A stretch of DNA of 64,000 nucleotides, taken from positions 112,144 through 176,143 of the forward strand of contig CAXXHA010000032.1 in NCBI GenBank assembly GCA_963662265.2, given 5' to 3'. The DNA is from Spirochaetia bacterium (GTDB taxonomy: Bacteria > Spirochaetota > Spirochaetia > CADAEX01). The position numbers were made by a program, and so were the translations under genes. Under the pieces are notes generated by a model. It was given only the letters and a program-made list of their open reading frames with translations. It was not told the DNA's origin and searched no databases. Shown piece after piece: positions 9,831-19,351 of the stretch; position 1 is the first letter of the stretch; every line of letters starts with the position of its first letter.

Positions 9831-10637
9831 TCAGCCGAGTTTTGAGGCTTTTTCTCTGCAGGCCCTTACAGCATCTATGACAGAATATCTGAAACTGTTT
9901 TTTTCAAGAACCTGAACTGCCTCTATAGTTGTACCGCCCGGTGAACAGACCATGTCTTTAAGTTCGCCCGGATGCTTTCCTGTTTCCCTTACAACTCTGG
10001 CTGAACCGAGTACAGCCTGAGATGCAAGCTTATATGCAGTTGCCCTTGGAAGTCCCTCAAGGACTGCCCCGTCTGCGAGAGCTTCTATAAACATATAGAC
10101 ATATGCCGGAGATGAGCCTGAAACAGCAGTACAGACATCAATATACTTCTCATCAATTACTTCTGTTAAACCGAAGCTCTGGAATATTTTTTCGACATAT
10201 CCCAGTTCTTCATCTGTTACATTCCTGCCCCTGCAGAGAACGCTCATCCCTTCTCCGACAAGAGCGGGAGTGTTAGGCATTGTCCTGATGACTTTAACAG
10301 GGAATGAGAAGTATTTCTCAACCGATTCAACAGTTATACCTGCTGCAATTGTAACAATGACTGTTTTCTCAGACACCTTTTTATTGATTTCATCAAGAAC
10401 ATACTTGTATATATCCGGCTTTACAGCAAGAATTATTATTTCTGAATTCTCAGAAAGCCTGCAGTTATCAGCAGTCACATCAATTCCCGGAAAATCCTTT
10501 TCCATTAAAGAAAGAGATTCCGGGTTTTTATCAGAAACAATTATTTCGCCGGCACAGGCAAAACCGGAGGATATAATTCCCCCGATAATTGCCCGGCCCA
10601 TGTTTCCGGTACCAATTATTCCTATTTTATATTTCAT
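9831..10637 (-). CDS. proC: Pyrroline-5-carboxylate reductase
   Basis: IGIIGTGNMG, AVKP, RTMPNTP, SGSSPAY, HPGELKDMVCSPGGTT. Confidence 0.97.
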   Translation of the reverse strand: MKYKIGIIGTGNMGRAIIGGIISSGFACAGEIIVSDKNPESLSLMEKDFPGIDVTADNCRLSENSEIIILAVKPDIYKYVLDEINKKVSEKTVIVTIAAGITVESVEKYFSFPVKVIRTMPNTPALVGEGMSVLCRGRNVTDEELGYVEKIFQSFGLTEVIDEKYIDVCTAVSGSSPAYVYMFIEALADGAVLEGLPRATAYKLASQAVLGSARVVRETGKHPGELKDMVCSPGGTTIEAVQVLEKNSFRYSVIDAVRACREKASKLG

Positions 10638-10659
10638 TTAAACACCTTTATCTTAAGTT

Positions 10660-13023
10660 TCAGCAGCCGAAATTCTGTTCAGTACGGTTGATAATCTCAT
10701 CCTGAAGAGGTTTTTCAAGATTATTGAAATAATCGCTGTATCCTGCAACTCGGACAATAAGATCTGAATACTGTTCAGGATTCTCCTGTGCCTTGAGCAG
10801 AATTTTCTTGTCAACAACATTGAACTGAATATGATGACCATCAAGTTTGAAATAAGATCTTATCAGGGCAACTAGTTTGTCAATATTACTGTCCCCCTCA
10901 AGAACAGACGGAGAGAATTTCTGGTTGAGCAGGGTTCCTCCTGTTCTCAAATGGTCCATTTTGGCAGCAGATTTCACTACAGCTGTAGGCCCGTTTCTGT
11001 CAGCATCTGTAGCAGGAGAAATACCTTCAGAAAGAGGCATACCGCTCTTCCTTCCGTCAGGTGTTGCACCGATTACTGAACCGAAATAAACATGGCATGT
11101 TGTAGGAAGCATGTTGATTCTGTACTGTCCACCATTCATTGTAGGTCTTCCGTCAACAGAATCAAAATATGAATCAAAAATCATCTTCATCAGGTCATCA
11201 GCATAATCATCATCATTTCCATATTTGGGAGTCTTGTTCTTGAAGAGATTATGGATGGAAGGATCCTGAAAATCGTTATCAAGCGCTTCAAGAAGCTCTT
11301 TCATGGAAAGATTTTTTTCATCAAAGACATGTTTTTTTATGGAAGAAAAACTGTCAGTAATAGATCCTATACCTACTCCCTGAATATATCTCGTGTTATA
11401 CCTGGCCCCGCCTGAATTATAATCTTTTCCCTCTTTAATACAGTCATCTATAATTACAGAGAGAAAAGGTACCGGCATATAGTTGGAATAGATTTTCTCA
11501 ATTGTATTATTGCCGTGAATCTTGATATTTATGAAATAATCCAGCTGCTTCTTGAAAGCATTGAAGAAATCATCAAATGACTGAAAATCTTCTGCTTTTC
11601 CTGTTTCAAGACCGAGTTTTTTACCAGTCATTTTATCAAGACCGTTGTAAAGAGTAATTTCCATTATCTTGGTCAGGTTCATGTAGCCTGTAAGGATATA
11701 TGATTCTTTACCGAATGCGCCTGTTTCAACACATCCGCTTGTTCCGCCGTCACGGGCATCTTCAATTTTCTTTCCGGCTCTAACCATTTCAGAGACAACA
11801 GCATCAGCATTAAAAACTGAAGGCTGACCCCATCCCTCACGGATAACTTCGCATGCCCTTTTTACAAACTTGTTTGGATTCTTCTTGCTTACCTGTACAT
11901 TTGAACTGGGCTGAAGAAGATGCATATCGCTTATAACATCAAGAACAAGGTAGGTAACATCATTTACACCATCTTCCCCTTCTGCAGTAAGCCCGCCTGA
12001 ATTGATATTGGCAAAATCTGTATATGTACCACTTTCCTTCAGAGTCACACCTACTTTTGGAGGTGCAGGCTGATTATTGAACTTGACCCAGAGGCATTCA
12101 AGGATTTCCCTTGCCTGATCCCTGTCGAGAGTTCCCTCTTCTGTTTCCTTTCTGTAAAAAGGATAGAGGTGCTGATCAAGCCTTCCGGGATTAAAGGAGT
12201 CCCAGTTATTCATTTCAGAAACAACAGCTATATGAACAAACCAGTACATCTGGACAGCCTGCTCAAATGTTTCAGGCGGATAAGCTGGTACTCTTCGGCA
12301 GTTGAGAGCTATTTTTTCAAGCTCACTCTTTCTGACCGGATCTTTTTCAGAAGCTGCCTTTTCCGCAGCATAATCAGCATAACGCCCGGCATACTTCATG
12401 ATTGCATCACAGGTAACAGCCATTGCATCAAGCTGTTCCTTTTTTTCAAATGCTTTGGGATCATTCAGAAAATCAAGTTCTCCCGCAGCTTTTTCTATAT
12501 CTTTTTTGAAATCAAGAAAACCTCTTTTATATATCTTACCATCAGCAACAGTATGGCCGGGGCCCCTCTGCTCCATGAATTCTGTGAAAATTCCTGCTGA
12601 ATAACATTCTTTCCATTCATCAGTCATGGAAGAGAGTATTTTACCTCTCAAAGCCCTGTTTTCCCAGAAAGGAATTATTTCATTTTTCTGATACTCAAAA
12701 ATTTCATCAGATACTTTATAGGAAATTTTCTTCCTTTTATTCATTATCTCGAAATCATCCAGAGTATGACAGCATAATTCAGGATATGTGGAAGTGGCAG
12801 CAGGCCTCTCACCTCTTTCGCCGACTATAATTTCTCCATCATTAATACAGAGCTCCTTGTTTTCCATAATATTTTTAAAAACAAGAGCCCGCAGCATTGG
12901 GATTGATACTGTTCCTTCATATTTTTTATAAACTTCAGTAACAAGTTTAGCTCTCTCTATAGAAATACTCGGGACAGCGTTTAGACTCTGTTCTCTGAGC
13001 TTTATTACCCTTTCATTCATCAT
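10660..13023 (-). CDS. hypD: Glycyl radical trans-4-hydroxy-L-proline dehydratase
   Basis: HypD active-site signature: EFMEQRGPGHTV, WDSFNPGRLDQ, ESGTYTDFANIN, SGCVETG, LTGYMN, LPTTCH; glycyl loop RVAGYS; adjacent proC. Confidence 0.93.
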   Translation of the reverse strand: MMNERVIKLREQSLNAVPSISIERAKLVTEVYKKYEGTVSIPMLRALVFKNIMENKELCINDGEIIVGERGERPAATSTYPELCCHTLDDFEIMNKRKKISYKVSDEIFEYQKNEIIPFWENRALRGKILSSMTDEWKECYSAGIFTEFMEQRGPGHTVADGKIYKRGFLDFKKDIEKAAGELDFLNDPKAFEKKEQLDAMAVTCDAIMKYAGRYADYAAEKAASEKDPVRKSELEKIALNCRRVPAYPPETFEQAVQMYWFVHIAVVSEMNNWDSFNPGRLDQHLYPFYRKETEEGTLDRDQAREILECLWVKFNNQPAPPKVGVTLKESGTYTDFANINSGGLTAEGEDGVNDVTYLVLDVISDMHLLQPSSNVQVSKKNPNKFVKRACEVIREGWGQPSVFNADAVVSEMVRAGKKIEDARDGGTSGCVETGAFGKESYILTGYMNLTKIMEITLYNGLDKMTGKKLGLETGKAEDFQSFDDFFNAFKKQLDYFINIKIHGNNTIEKIYSNYMPVPFLSVIIDDCIKEGKDYNSGGARYNTRYIQGVGIGSITDSFSSIKKHVFDEKNLSMKELLEALDNDFQDPSIHNLFKNKTPKYGNDDDYADDLMKMIFDSYFDSVDGRPTMNGGQYRINMLPTTCHVYFGSVIGATPDGRKSGMPLSEGISPATDADRNGPTAVVKSAAKMDHLRTGGTLLNQKFSPSVLEGDSNIDKLVALIRSYFKLDGHHIQFNVVDKKILLKAQENPEQYSDLIVRVAGYSDYFNNLEKPLQDEIINRTEQNFGC

Positions 13024-13925
13024 CAGCCTCCAATTTCAGCTTTTATACCTGCAGTATCAAAAATATTTTTTATACGTTCCATACGTTTATCTGATGGCAC
13101 GGTATTTTCAGACATCTGATACTTTTTTTCAATTCGGTTGTATTTTGACTCGGCAAAATTATTATAAGGCAGCAGACTCACTTTAATGACTTTTACAGTT
13201 TTCAGGATTTCCACTGTTCTGTTCCAGTTTTCATCATATTCATTGAAACCGGGAATAACAGGTATTCTTATAAAAATATCCTTCCCCATTTCGGAAAGCA
13301 TTTTAAGATTCCTTATTATTACTTCATTTGAAACACCTGTAAAATCTCTGTGTATTTCATTATCAACTGCTTTAAGATCATATAAAAACAGATCAATATA
13401 TTCTGCCAGATCTTTTATTATATTTTCAGAAACATAACCTGAAGTATCAACAGCTGTATGTATTCCCTTTTCCCTGCATTTCACAAGTAATTCTTTTAGA
13501 AAATCATGCTGCATAAAGCATTCCCCGCCGGAAAAGGTTACCCCGCCGTTTGATTCTTCATAGAAAATACTGTCCTTGAGAATCTCTTTCATGACATCAG
13601 TCACAGACATTTCTTCCCCGCAGATTTCTCTGGCGCCATGAGGACAGAATAAAGCACATTTTCCGCATTTCAGACACTTGTTTCTGTCTGTTACAGGATA
13701 TCCGTTTTCTATTGTGATTGCATTATTTACGCATTTTGACATGCAGACTCCGCATCCTGTACATCTGTTTTTCAGAAAAATCAAATCAGGCATAAGACTC
13801 TGGCTTTCTGGATTATGGCACCATAGACAGGACAAAGGACAGCCGTTAAAAAAAACTGTTGTTCTTATGCCAGGTCCATCATGAACTGAATATTTCTGAA
13901 TATTCATAACAATACCTTTCTGCAT
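13023..13925 (-). CDS. Glycyl-radical enzyme activase (HypD activase), radical SAM with 2x[4Fe-4S] insert
   Basis: HDGPGIRTTVFFNGCPLSCLWCHNPES, CxxCxxCxxxC twice, GGVTFSGGE. Confidence 0.95.
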   Translation of the reverse strand: MQKGIVMNIQKYSVHDGPGIRTTVFFNGCPLSCLWCHNPESQSLMPDLIFLKNRCTGCGVCMSKCVNNAITIENGYPVTDRNKCLKCGKCALFCPHGAREICGEEMSVTDVMKEILKDSIFYEESNGGVTFSGGECFMQHDFLKELLVKCREKGIHTAVDTSGYVSENIIKDLAEYIDLFLYDLKAVDNEIHRDFTGVSNEVIIRNLKMLSEMGKDIFIRIPVIPGFNEYDENWNRTVEILKTVKVIKVSLLPYNNFAESKYNRIEKKYQMSENTVPSDKRMERIKNIFDTAGIKAEIGG

Positions 13926-13959
13926 AATCTCAACTCCTTCAGTTATTATAAACTATATA

Positions 13960-13981
13960 TTACTGCTGCACAGCAGCAGTA
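13960..13981. terminator. Small hairpin between transporter and activase genes
   Basis: tactgctg-cacag-cagcagta inverted repeat; no clear U-tract, may be a processing or stability element. Confidence 0.35.
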
Positions 13982-13993
13982 ATTTGATTTTAT

Positions 13994-15184
13994 CTAGAAT
14001 ATCATCATGAGAATATTTGCAATAATACCGGCAGTTACACCTGCAAGCAGCTGGATGTTTATTGCAAGACCGACAAATTTTTCACTTTTGAAGCTTTCCA
14101 TCATTGCAACATGTGTGCAGAGGAATCCTGCAAAAGTAATACCAATCGCTGTGTATACTGCAACATCTCTTGAAACAATAATTCCACTCTTTATAAACTC
14201 GGGGATAAGACCGAGAGAAGCACCTACACTTCCGAGAGCTGTTACAGGAAAAGCAATAGCTTCAGGATTTGAAAAACCGAAAAGCGGTTTTAAAACAGGA
14301 GCTGCAAGCTTGCCGAGCCATGGAATAAGACCGATTCCCTCGTAGGGAAGACCCTGATATCCAAGTGAAGGATCTGCAACACCTTTAGTGAGAAGCATTA
14401 TGAATGTACAGATTACAAGAACAGCAGCAATCAGTGATATACCGAGTTCAACACCATACTGTCCACCTTTAACCCCTGCATCAAGAAATCTCATTGCAAA
14501 ACTCTTTTTCTGCTCATTGGCAGCCTGATTTTCCTCAGCTTTTTTTTCATTTTCAATATCAGCTTCATCCATGAAATCTTCAGGATTTACAAAATCAGTT
14601 CCAAGAGCCTTCTTTGTTTTAATCATCATTACACGGATACCTACAGCGCATCCAAGGAATGCAGCAATATTACCTACAACAGCCTCTTTAACAAATCCCT
14701 GGCCGATAACAAATGTTGTAACAATAAGTCCCATACCAGCGGTTGTTCCGAGAATTGTAAGACACGGTACCTGATGTTTTCTGAAATAAGATGAGAATTT
14801 TCTGTCTTTCATAAGAGGACAGATAGCAGGATTATCAGAAATATAGCTTACAGTAGCACCGAGAAAAGACGCCCCGGGTAAACCGTAAAGCGGTTTCATC
14901 ATGGGTGAAAAAATCTTATCAAGTATTTTAAGAAATTCGAACTCACTGGCAACTCTTCCCATAGCCCCTGCAATTACAGCAACAGCAAGAATATAAAAAG
15001 ATGTGCTCATAAGAAGATCATATGCTGTTTTCATCATGGTTGAAAACAAGTTTGCCACACCCATTTTTGTTACAAGAGCAGCAAAAAAAGCAGCAACAAT
15101 GACTGTAAAAATCACAAGACTTTTCATGTCATTAATTTTATTCCGGGAATCATTTTTAATCCCTGCAACATTTCCAGTTGTCAT
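13994..15184 (-). CDS. Multi-pass membrane protein with gate (nucleoside-recognition-like) domains; putative amino-acid transporter
   Basis: About 9-10 hydrophobic segments; two gate-like repeats (PMMKPLYGLPG / PVLKPLFGF..PE); YISDNPAI. SD aaggag precedes ATG 15184. Confidence 0.7.
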   Translation of the reverse strand: MTTGNVAGIKNDSRNKINDMKSLVIFTVIVAAFFAALVTKMGVANLFSTMMKTAYDLLMSTSFYILAVAVIAGAMGRVASEFEFLKILDKIFSPMMKPLYGLPGASFLGATVSYISDNPAICPLMKDRKFSSYFRKHQVPCLTILGTTAGMGLIVTTFVIGQGFVKEAVVGNIAAFLGCAVGIRVMMIKTKKALGTDFVNPEDFMDEADIENEKKAEENQAANEQKKSFAMRFLDAGVKGGQYGVELGISLIAAVLVICTFIMLLTKGVADPSLGYQGLPYEGIGLIPWLGKLAAPVLKPLFGFSNPEAIAFPVTALGSVGASLGLIPEFIKSGIIVSRDVAVYTAIGITFAGFLCTHVAMMESFKSEKFVGLAINIQLLAGVTAGIIANILMMIF

Positions 15185-15221
15185 AAAAAACTCCTTCAAT
15201 TTAGATCCAGGTATACCTTTA

Positions 15222-15282
15222 GATATTTTTTTATTTATTTAAAGCACTTTTTTTATATATTTAGATCAATTTTTTGTCAATA
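15222..15282 (-). promoter_or_regulatory. Sigma70 promoter with overlapping operator for the hypD operon
   Basis: TTGACA(15280-15275)-17bp-TATAAA(15257-15252); about 60 bp nearly duplicated at 17319-17377. Confidence 0.7.
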
Positions 15283-15325
15283 TATTTAAATCAAAATTTT
15301 GTTCTATTTCGTTATTTTTTTACGC

Positions 15326-15360
15326 AAAAAAAAGGAAAGCCTGATAATGCTTTCCTTTTC
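15326..15360 (-). terminator. Intrinsic terminator after the regulator gene
   Basis: aaaaggaaagc-ctgataat-gctttcctttt hairpin; the A-run gives a minus-strand U-tract. Confidence 0.65.
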
Positions 15361-15390
15361 ATTTTCACGATTCAATGACTGAATAAGGTA

Positions 15391-16068
15391 TTATTCTTTT
15401 GTATATCTTGATTTAACTTCACGAAGATAGGAATATATTGTGTATTTGGTATTTCCCAGGATATCTGCAAGATATTCTACAGATCCCTTGAGCTGGAAAT
15501 AACCTTTTTTATCAAGACTGCTGATTATATACATTTTTTCATTTTTCTTTGTTTTATCCAGAGGCTTACCGATTTTCTTCTTTACCTCTTCCAGATATTT
15601 ATTGATCAGATCATCTGCAAAACCTTCGGTTTCTGTAGCAGAGGCATTGTTTTTTGAATAAAAATCATATGAACGGGTCTGAATCATGTCTTTAATAAAG
15701 CTTTCTGCAATTTCAGCTCGTGTCATATCATAGTTAATACATAAAAAACCTACAATTTTTCCTTTATCATCTTTTATACATACAGCACTTGCATTGAGTC
15801 TTTTACCGTTTTTAGCAATTTCAAAATAATTCGGAACATAGTCAGCATCCTGCAGCGTTGCTGTTTCAAGAATATAATTACCAAGATCATTCATCGGTTC
15901 ACCGACTTTTCTTCCTGTTACATGTGGGTTTGCAATTTCCACAAGTGAACACTGGGGATTTGATACATCATGAAGCGCTACCTCATAATCAGGCCCGAGT
16001 ACAACACCAAGTCCTTTGACAATAGGAACAAAAGGTTTCAGAAAAGGATTTATTATTTTGTCATCCAT
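15391..16068 (-). CDS. YheO/DauR-type PAS-HTH transcriptional regulator
   Basis: YEVALHD, HVTGRKVGEP, GFLCINYD, LDKKGYFQLKGSVEYLADILGNTKYTIYSYL; SD before ATG 16068. Confidence 0.92.
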   Translation of the reverse strand: MDDKIINPFLKPFVPIVKGLGVVLGPDYEVALHDVSNPQCSLVEIANPHVTGRKVGEPMNDLGNYILETATLQDADYVPNYFEIAKNGKRLNASAVCIKDDKGKIVGFLCINYDMTRAEIAESFIKDMIQTRSYDFYSKNNASATETEGFADDLINKYLEEVKKKIGKPLDKTKKNEKMYIISSLDKKGYFQLKGSVEYLADILGNTKYTIYSYLREVKSRYTKE

Positions 16069-16145
16069 AATTACTATTCCCCTGAATAAATATCTTAACT
16101 GGGGTAATTGTCCCCTTTCTTGCAAAAACAGTCAATATTTTGATG

Positions 16146-16180
16146 AAAAAAACTGCAGAAACACCACGTGTTTCTGCAGT
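16146..16180 (-). terminator. Intrinsic terminator
   Basis: actgcagaaacac-cac-gtgtttctgcagt perfect stem followed by a U-tract on the minus strand. Confidence 0.75.
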
Positions 16181-16230
16181 AAACGGATTGAGTAGAAGTA
16201 TTATATTATTTATTAAAACAATTTTTATAA

Positions 16231-17295
16231 TTATCTTAAAATAAATCCATCTTTGAGATTATCTTCAGGATCAAAGAAAAATTCACATTTTCCCGACAAA
16301 TTCGCAGTTCCTGAAACCTGCGGAACAACAGCCTTATGCGGACCATATTCAGTAACTTCAGCTACTTTTACCGACATTGTTGTACCGATAATTGATTCAA
16401 TGACAATTTCTTCATCAAACTCAAGTTCTCCCTTTGCATAATGGAGAGCTGCTCTTGCACTTACACCGGAACCGGTAGATGATCTGTCAACCTCTCCTTC
16501 TGCAAAAACACATACGTTTCTGCTGTGATGACTGCTGTCATGCGGTTTCCCTGTGATAATTGTTCCGTACAGAAAGGACAGATCATCAAAGAAAGGATGC
16601 TTGATTTCATAATTATCCATTACAGCGTATTTAATCCTTCTTCCATAATCAATAAGCTTGTCATGATCCTTTTTATCAAGTGAAAGACCCAGATCTTCAG
16701 CTTCGACAAAAGCATAAAAAGCTCCGCCGAATGAAATATCAAATTTCACTTCACCAATTCCCGGTACATTGACAGTTTTATCTCTCATGTACAGGAAAGA
16801 AGGAACATTTAAAAAAGATACTTTTTCAACAATCCCTTTGTCATTTCTGAATGCTTTTGATCTGATAAGTCCGGGAGGAGCATCAATCACAAGATCCGGA
16901 TTCTGCTCATCCTTCTTAATCATTCCTGTATCAAGCACAAGCTTTGTAAGTGCAATTATCGCATGTCCGCACATGGTGGAATATCCTTCATTATGAAGAA
17001 AAAATGTTCCGAAATCAGCGTTTTCACTTATAGGTTCTGTGATAACAGCGCCATACATATCTGCATGACCTCTCGGCTCCCACATTGTTCTGGTTCTTAT
17101 ATAATCAAGGTTATCACGGAAATACCTTCTTTTTTCAAGGATATCCTTACCTTTGATCTCCGGGAGTCCTCCTGTATATACCCTGAGCGGTTCGCCCCCT
17201 GTATGAGCATCCAGTACAGTAATTTTTTCCCATGAATCCGGTGCTTCCCATGAAGCAAGCGTATCAAGTTTTGCAGAAAAATCTTCACCCATCAT
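16231..17295 (-). CDS. Proline racemase family, Cys/Thr type: trans-3-hydroxy-L-proline dehydratase
   Basis: DAHTGGEPLR, EPRGHADMYGA, YSTMCGHA (Cys) and DRSSTGSGVSAR (Thr replaces the second Cys), as in L3HYPDH-type enzymes. Confidence 0.87.
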   Translation of the reverse strand: MMGEDFSAKLDTLASWEAPDSWEKITVLDAHTGGEPLRVYTGGLPEIKGKDILEKRRYFRDNLDYIRTRTMWEPRGHADMYGAVITEPISENADFGTFFLHNEGYSTMCGHAIIALTKLVLDTGMIKKDEQNPDLVIDAPPGLIRSKAFRNDKGIVEKVSFLNVPSFLYMRDKTVNVPGIGEVKFDISFGGAFYAFVEAEDLGLSLDKKDHDKLIDYGRRIKYAVMDNYEIKHPFFDDLSFLYGTIITGKPHDSSHHSRNVCVFAEGEVDRSSTGSGVSARAALHYAKGELEFDEEIVIESIIGTTMSVKVAEVTEYGPHKAVVPQVSGTANLSGKCEFFFDPEDNLKDGFILR

Positions 17296-17318
17296 AAGTC
17301 TCCTTTCGTATATATAAT

Positions 17319-17377
17319 TATTTTTTTATTTATTTAAGACAATTTTTTTATATATTACGAACAATTTATTGTCAATA
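17319..17377 (-). promoter_or_regulatory. Sigma70 promoter with overlapping operator for the 3-Hyp dehydratase gene
   Basis: TTGACA(17375-17370)-17bp-TATAAA(17352-17347); ACAAT-TT-ATTGT palindrome at 17361-17372. Confidence 0.7.
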
Positions 17378-17520
17378 CAAAAACAGAAAGTACTTTAATT
17401 ACTAGTCAATATTTTGTTTATTTTTCGCAATTTTTATCAAATTTTTGATATTACAGGGTTTAATCGTTATTTATTTACTGATATAATCGCGGTGTTCAAC
17501 TTTCAAAGGAGTAAATAGAT

Positions 17521-18960
17521 ATGGACACTACAGCTACTATAATTACTTTTTTTCTATATTTTGTATTCATGCTTTTCATCGGAATCTATTTCTATAAGAG
17601 AAACAGGAATATTGAAGACTATCTTCTGGGAGGGAGATCTCTAGGTAAATGGGTAACTGCAATTTCTGCGCAGGCAAGCGATATGAGCGGGTGGCTCCTG
17701 ATGGGACTTCCGGGCGCAGTTTACCTTTTCGGTTTAAACCAGTGCTGGATTGCTGTGGGACTTACTATAGGAACATTCCTGAACTGGCATCTTATATCTG
17801 AAAAACTAAGAGTTGCAACAGAAAAAACAGAATCAATGACTCTTTCAGGTTTTTTTGCAAAAAAATACAATGACAAATCAGGTCTTCTCCAGTCAGTTTC
17901 TGCTGTAATAATTTTAATCTTCTTTACAATTTATACTTCATCCGGCCTTGTAGGAGCGGGAAAACTTTTTGAATCAATGTTTGGAATTGATTACAGAAAT
18001 GCTGTACTTATCGGGTCAGCCGCAATTGTACTCTACACTCTTCTCGGAGGATTCATGGCAGTCTGCTGGACAGACCTTTTCCAGGGGATGCTTATGTTTG
18101 CCGCAATAATCCTGGTTCCGCTCTTTGCAGTGATTAAAGCACCTGAAATGAATGTGCAGATGACTATCAACAGCAATTATCTTGATATTTTAAATACAGG
18201 AGGCGGATCTTTCTCACTGCTTGCACTGTTATCATCAATGGCCTGGGGACTCGGGTATTTCGGCCAGCCCCATATATTAACAAGATTTATGAGCGTAAAA
18301 TCTGTTTCCGAACTTAAGCAATCTAAGATTATTGCAATGGTATGGGTAATAATCTCTCTTGCAGGGGCAGTTATTATCGGACTCGTTGCAAAACCTTATT
18401 TTTCTGCACTTCCTGAAGGAAATCATGAAAAAGTCTTTATTTTCCTTATACAGAAGCTTTTCAATCCATGGATAAGCGGAATACTGCTTGCAGCAATCCT
18501 TGCCGCGATAATGTCGACAATAGATTCACAGCTTCTGGTTTCATCATCAACACTGACAGAAGATTTCTACAAATTCTTCATCAGAAAAAATTCTTCCGAA
18601 AAAGAACTGATGTGGGTGGGAAGAGGATGTGTCCTTTTAATTGCAGTTATTGCAGTATTAATGGCAATGGTTCCGGGAAACACAGTCCTTTCGCTTGTAT
18701 CATACGCATGGGGGGGACTAGGCGCTTCTTTCGGACCGCTTGTAATTACAGCTCTCTATTCCAGAAACATAAGCTGGAAATCAGCGTTTGCAGGTATGAC
18801 AACAGGAGCTCTTACAGTCATAATATGGAAAAATTTCCCTCTCCTGCCTGTTTATGAAATAATCCCCGGTTTTATATTTAACTTTGCTGCAATTTATATA
18901 GTACAGAAACTTCTTGCTGTCAGGGAAATTGAGGCCAGGGAGTCTGTAACAATAAAATAA
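17521..18960 (+). CDS. putP: Sodium/proline symporter
   Basis: DYLLGGRSLG, SAQASDMSGWLLMGLPG, GGFMAVCWTD, WGLGYFGQPHILTRFM, AAIMSTIDSQLL, SYAWGGLG. Confidence 0.96.
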   Translation: MDTTATIITFFLYFVFMLFIGIYFYKRNRNIEDYLLGGRSLGKWVTAISAQASDMSGWLLMGLPGAVYLFGLNQCWIAVGLTIGTFLNWHLISEKLRVATEKTESMTLSGFFAKKYNDKSGLLQSVSAVIILIFFTIYTSSGLVGAGKLFESMFGIDYRNAVLIGSAAIVLYTLLGGFMAVCWTDLFQGMLMFAAIILVPLFAVIKAPEMNVQMTINSNYLDILNTGGGSFSLLALLSSMAWGLGYFGQPHILTRFMSVKSVSELKQSKIIAMVWVIISLAGAVIIGLVAKPYFSALPEGNHEKVFIFLIQKLFNPWISGILLAAILAAIMSTIDSQLLVSSSTLTEDFYKFFIRKNSSEKELMWVGRGCVLLIAVIAVLMAMVPGNTVLSLVSYAWGGLGASFGPLVITALYSRNISWKSAFAGMTTGALTVIIWKNFPLLPVYEIIPGFIFNFAAIYIVQKLLAVREIEARESVTIK

Positions 18961-18984
18961 TTCCTGCTGTTACACTGATTATAA

Positions 18985-19023
18985 CAAGGGAATCTCTAAA
19001 ACAATATTTCACGAGGTTCCCAT
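18985..19023. repeat. Short inverted-repeat module (AAGGGAATCTC...GAGGTTCCC) of a dispersed intergenic family
   Basis: Same caagggaatc end is seen at about 28871 and 36554; gagattccct ends are at about 34718 and 36587. Confidence 0.55.
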
Positions 19024-19026
19024 AAC

Positions 19027-19063
19027 AAAATGCAAAATCCGCTTATGCGGGTTTTTGCATTTT
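19027..19063 (+). terminator. Intrinsic terminator after putP
   Basis: aaaatgcaaaatccgc-ttat-gcgggtttttgcatttt. Confidence 0.7.
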
Positions 19064-19351
19064 ATTTCTGACAGCAAGCGTTATCCCCGGATAGGGAACA
19101 ATGCAGAAAAAAATGTTTTTTTTACTTTTCCCATATTTCTGCCTGAAACAGATGCGTTACAGCAGTCAGTGAAACCTGACCCTGGAAAAATTATTTCAGA
19201 CAGGAATATTTTCAACGAAGAATAAATCTTTTTCAGCGGCAGCTTAAGCATTATTTTTCATATATCATGAGCAGGTAAAACACAAAAATATTTTATCAGC
19301 TCATAACGAAGTCTTTACATAAATTATCACTTTCATTACTATGGTTTTAAT

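Noticed and set aside
10660-13023. Pyruvate formate-lyase or choline TMA-lyase
   Set aside because: Single Cys in SGCVE (no PFL Cys-Cys), HypD-specific motifs present, and proC adjacent.
16231-17295. True proline racemase or 4-Hyp epimerase
   Set aside because: The second catalytic Cys is replaced by Thr (DRSSTGSG), the dehydratase signature.
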